Position numbers and translations under genes: made by a program | Part shown: piece after piece, positions 63,246-64,000 of the stretch | Position numbering within the stretch: the stretch's first letter is position 1 | Layout: the number at the start of each line of letters is the position of its first letter | Assembly: GCA_026770705.1 (NCBI GenBank) | Contig: JANJGN010000034.1 | Location: 2,852,001-2,916,000, forward strand | DNA: 64,000 nucleotides | Direction of reading: 5' to 3' | DNA from: Isurus oxyrinchus | Lineage: Eukaryota | The notes under the pieces: model-generated | Database searches by the model: none | Told to the model about the DNA's origin: nothing | What the model saw: only the letters and a program-made list of their open reading frames with translations

Positions 63246-64000
63246 AACATTTGGGTGTGGGGTGGGGCAGGATGCGGTGGTGGTGAGGAGGGTGTGAAGT
63301 TCTGGCTCGGGGAGACTGGGTATTTTGACAACAACTGATGAAAGAAAACAAGTTCTATGAATGTAAAACGACAGGCATATGAAGAAAAGTTTGCAACTTG
63401 CGGGACAGGCCAATTGCAGTTGCAATCAGGTGGTTGTTGCACAATCTGATTAATGCATCTCCTAGTGGGCCTTAATAAGACAAATGTTTCAACTAAAACT
63501 TATATTGTTTGTGGTTAATTAATAACTGAAATCAAAATGACAATGAAGACAATATTGTCAAGGATGAGCAAGGAAATGAACTATTTAGCCTAATGAATTG
63601 CTGTCAGGCTGTGCTACACAAGAGACAATCCAACACTCCACCATTTAGCTCTGTAGGTTTACTCTTATTTATCCTCTGTGTTCCTTTGGAGTGTCTCCAG
63701 AAATGCTACAATCGTTCCAGTGGTAGGACTTTAGATATTGTAACACCTGATTCGGTTAATAAGCCTCAGCTCATTACTTGATTAACTTATTGCATTCATT
63801 GATGACTTTTTTATCCGGGGGGCGGGGGGAGATGGTGGTGGGGGCTAGAGGGTAGGGGTTGGGGTGTAGTGGGGGGGGGAGGGGGTGAGGGGGTGCGATA
63901 AGCCTTGTTTTCAAACAGCCAGCAAGCAAATGCTTCTCTAGATAACCCCTGCCAAATGCTTTCATAACAAAAAGTGCTCTATTCCATTGACGCTCTGCCT

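Overview
Vertebrate genomic DNA, most likely from a cartilaginous fish (inferred from the CR1, L2, Penelope-like, Tx1 and Deu-type SINE repeat content). Most of the window is decayed retroelements, and every long ORF I could assign is a retroelement relic. The main result is a minus-strand gene segment not called by the ORF track: 17 symmetric phase-1 microexons spread over about 59 kb (62795 down to 3812). They alternate strictly 36 nt / 27 nt, with one 27-nt slot shortened to 18 nt, and all are bounded by AG and GT. Spliced in order they give 531 nt with no stop codon, encoding a 21-residue (three-heptad) coiled-coil repeat: (E)LENLKLVLKDA-ENSMKGKIK-EIETLKQRVQDA-EQKLNKSAL-EIEKISDLLLDT-EKKLSK-EIDRLNRDCKDL-KMNLADKDK-ELQKMKVSLQEY-DIKLNNKDK-EIEKQRNNLLDC-EQIVNHKGK-ALEKAKSDIANL-ETKLSIKIK-ELENQQNLVFEC-EQRLVGKDT-ELENLKRTLQDE. 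I found no start or stop exon in the window and cannot name the gene. The introns also hold Penelope-type hammerhead ribozyme motifs, nested retroelements and several enhancer-like unique blocks. All analysis was by eye; TE boundaries are approximate, exon boundaries were counted base by base.
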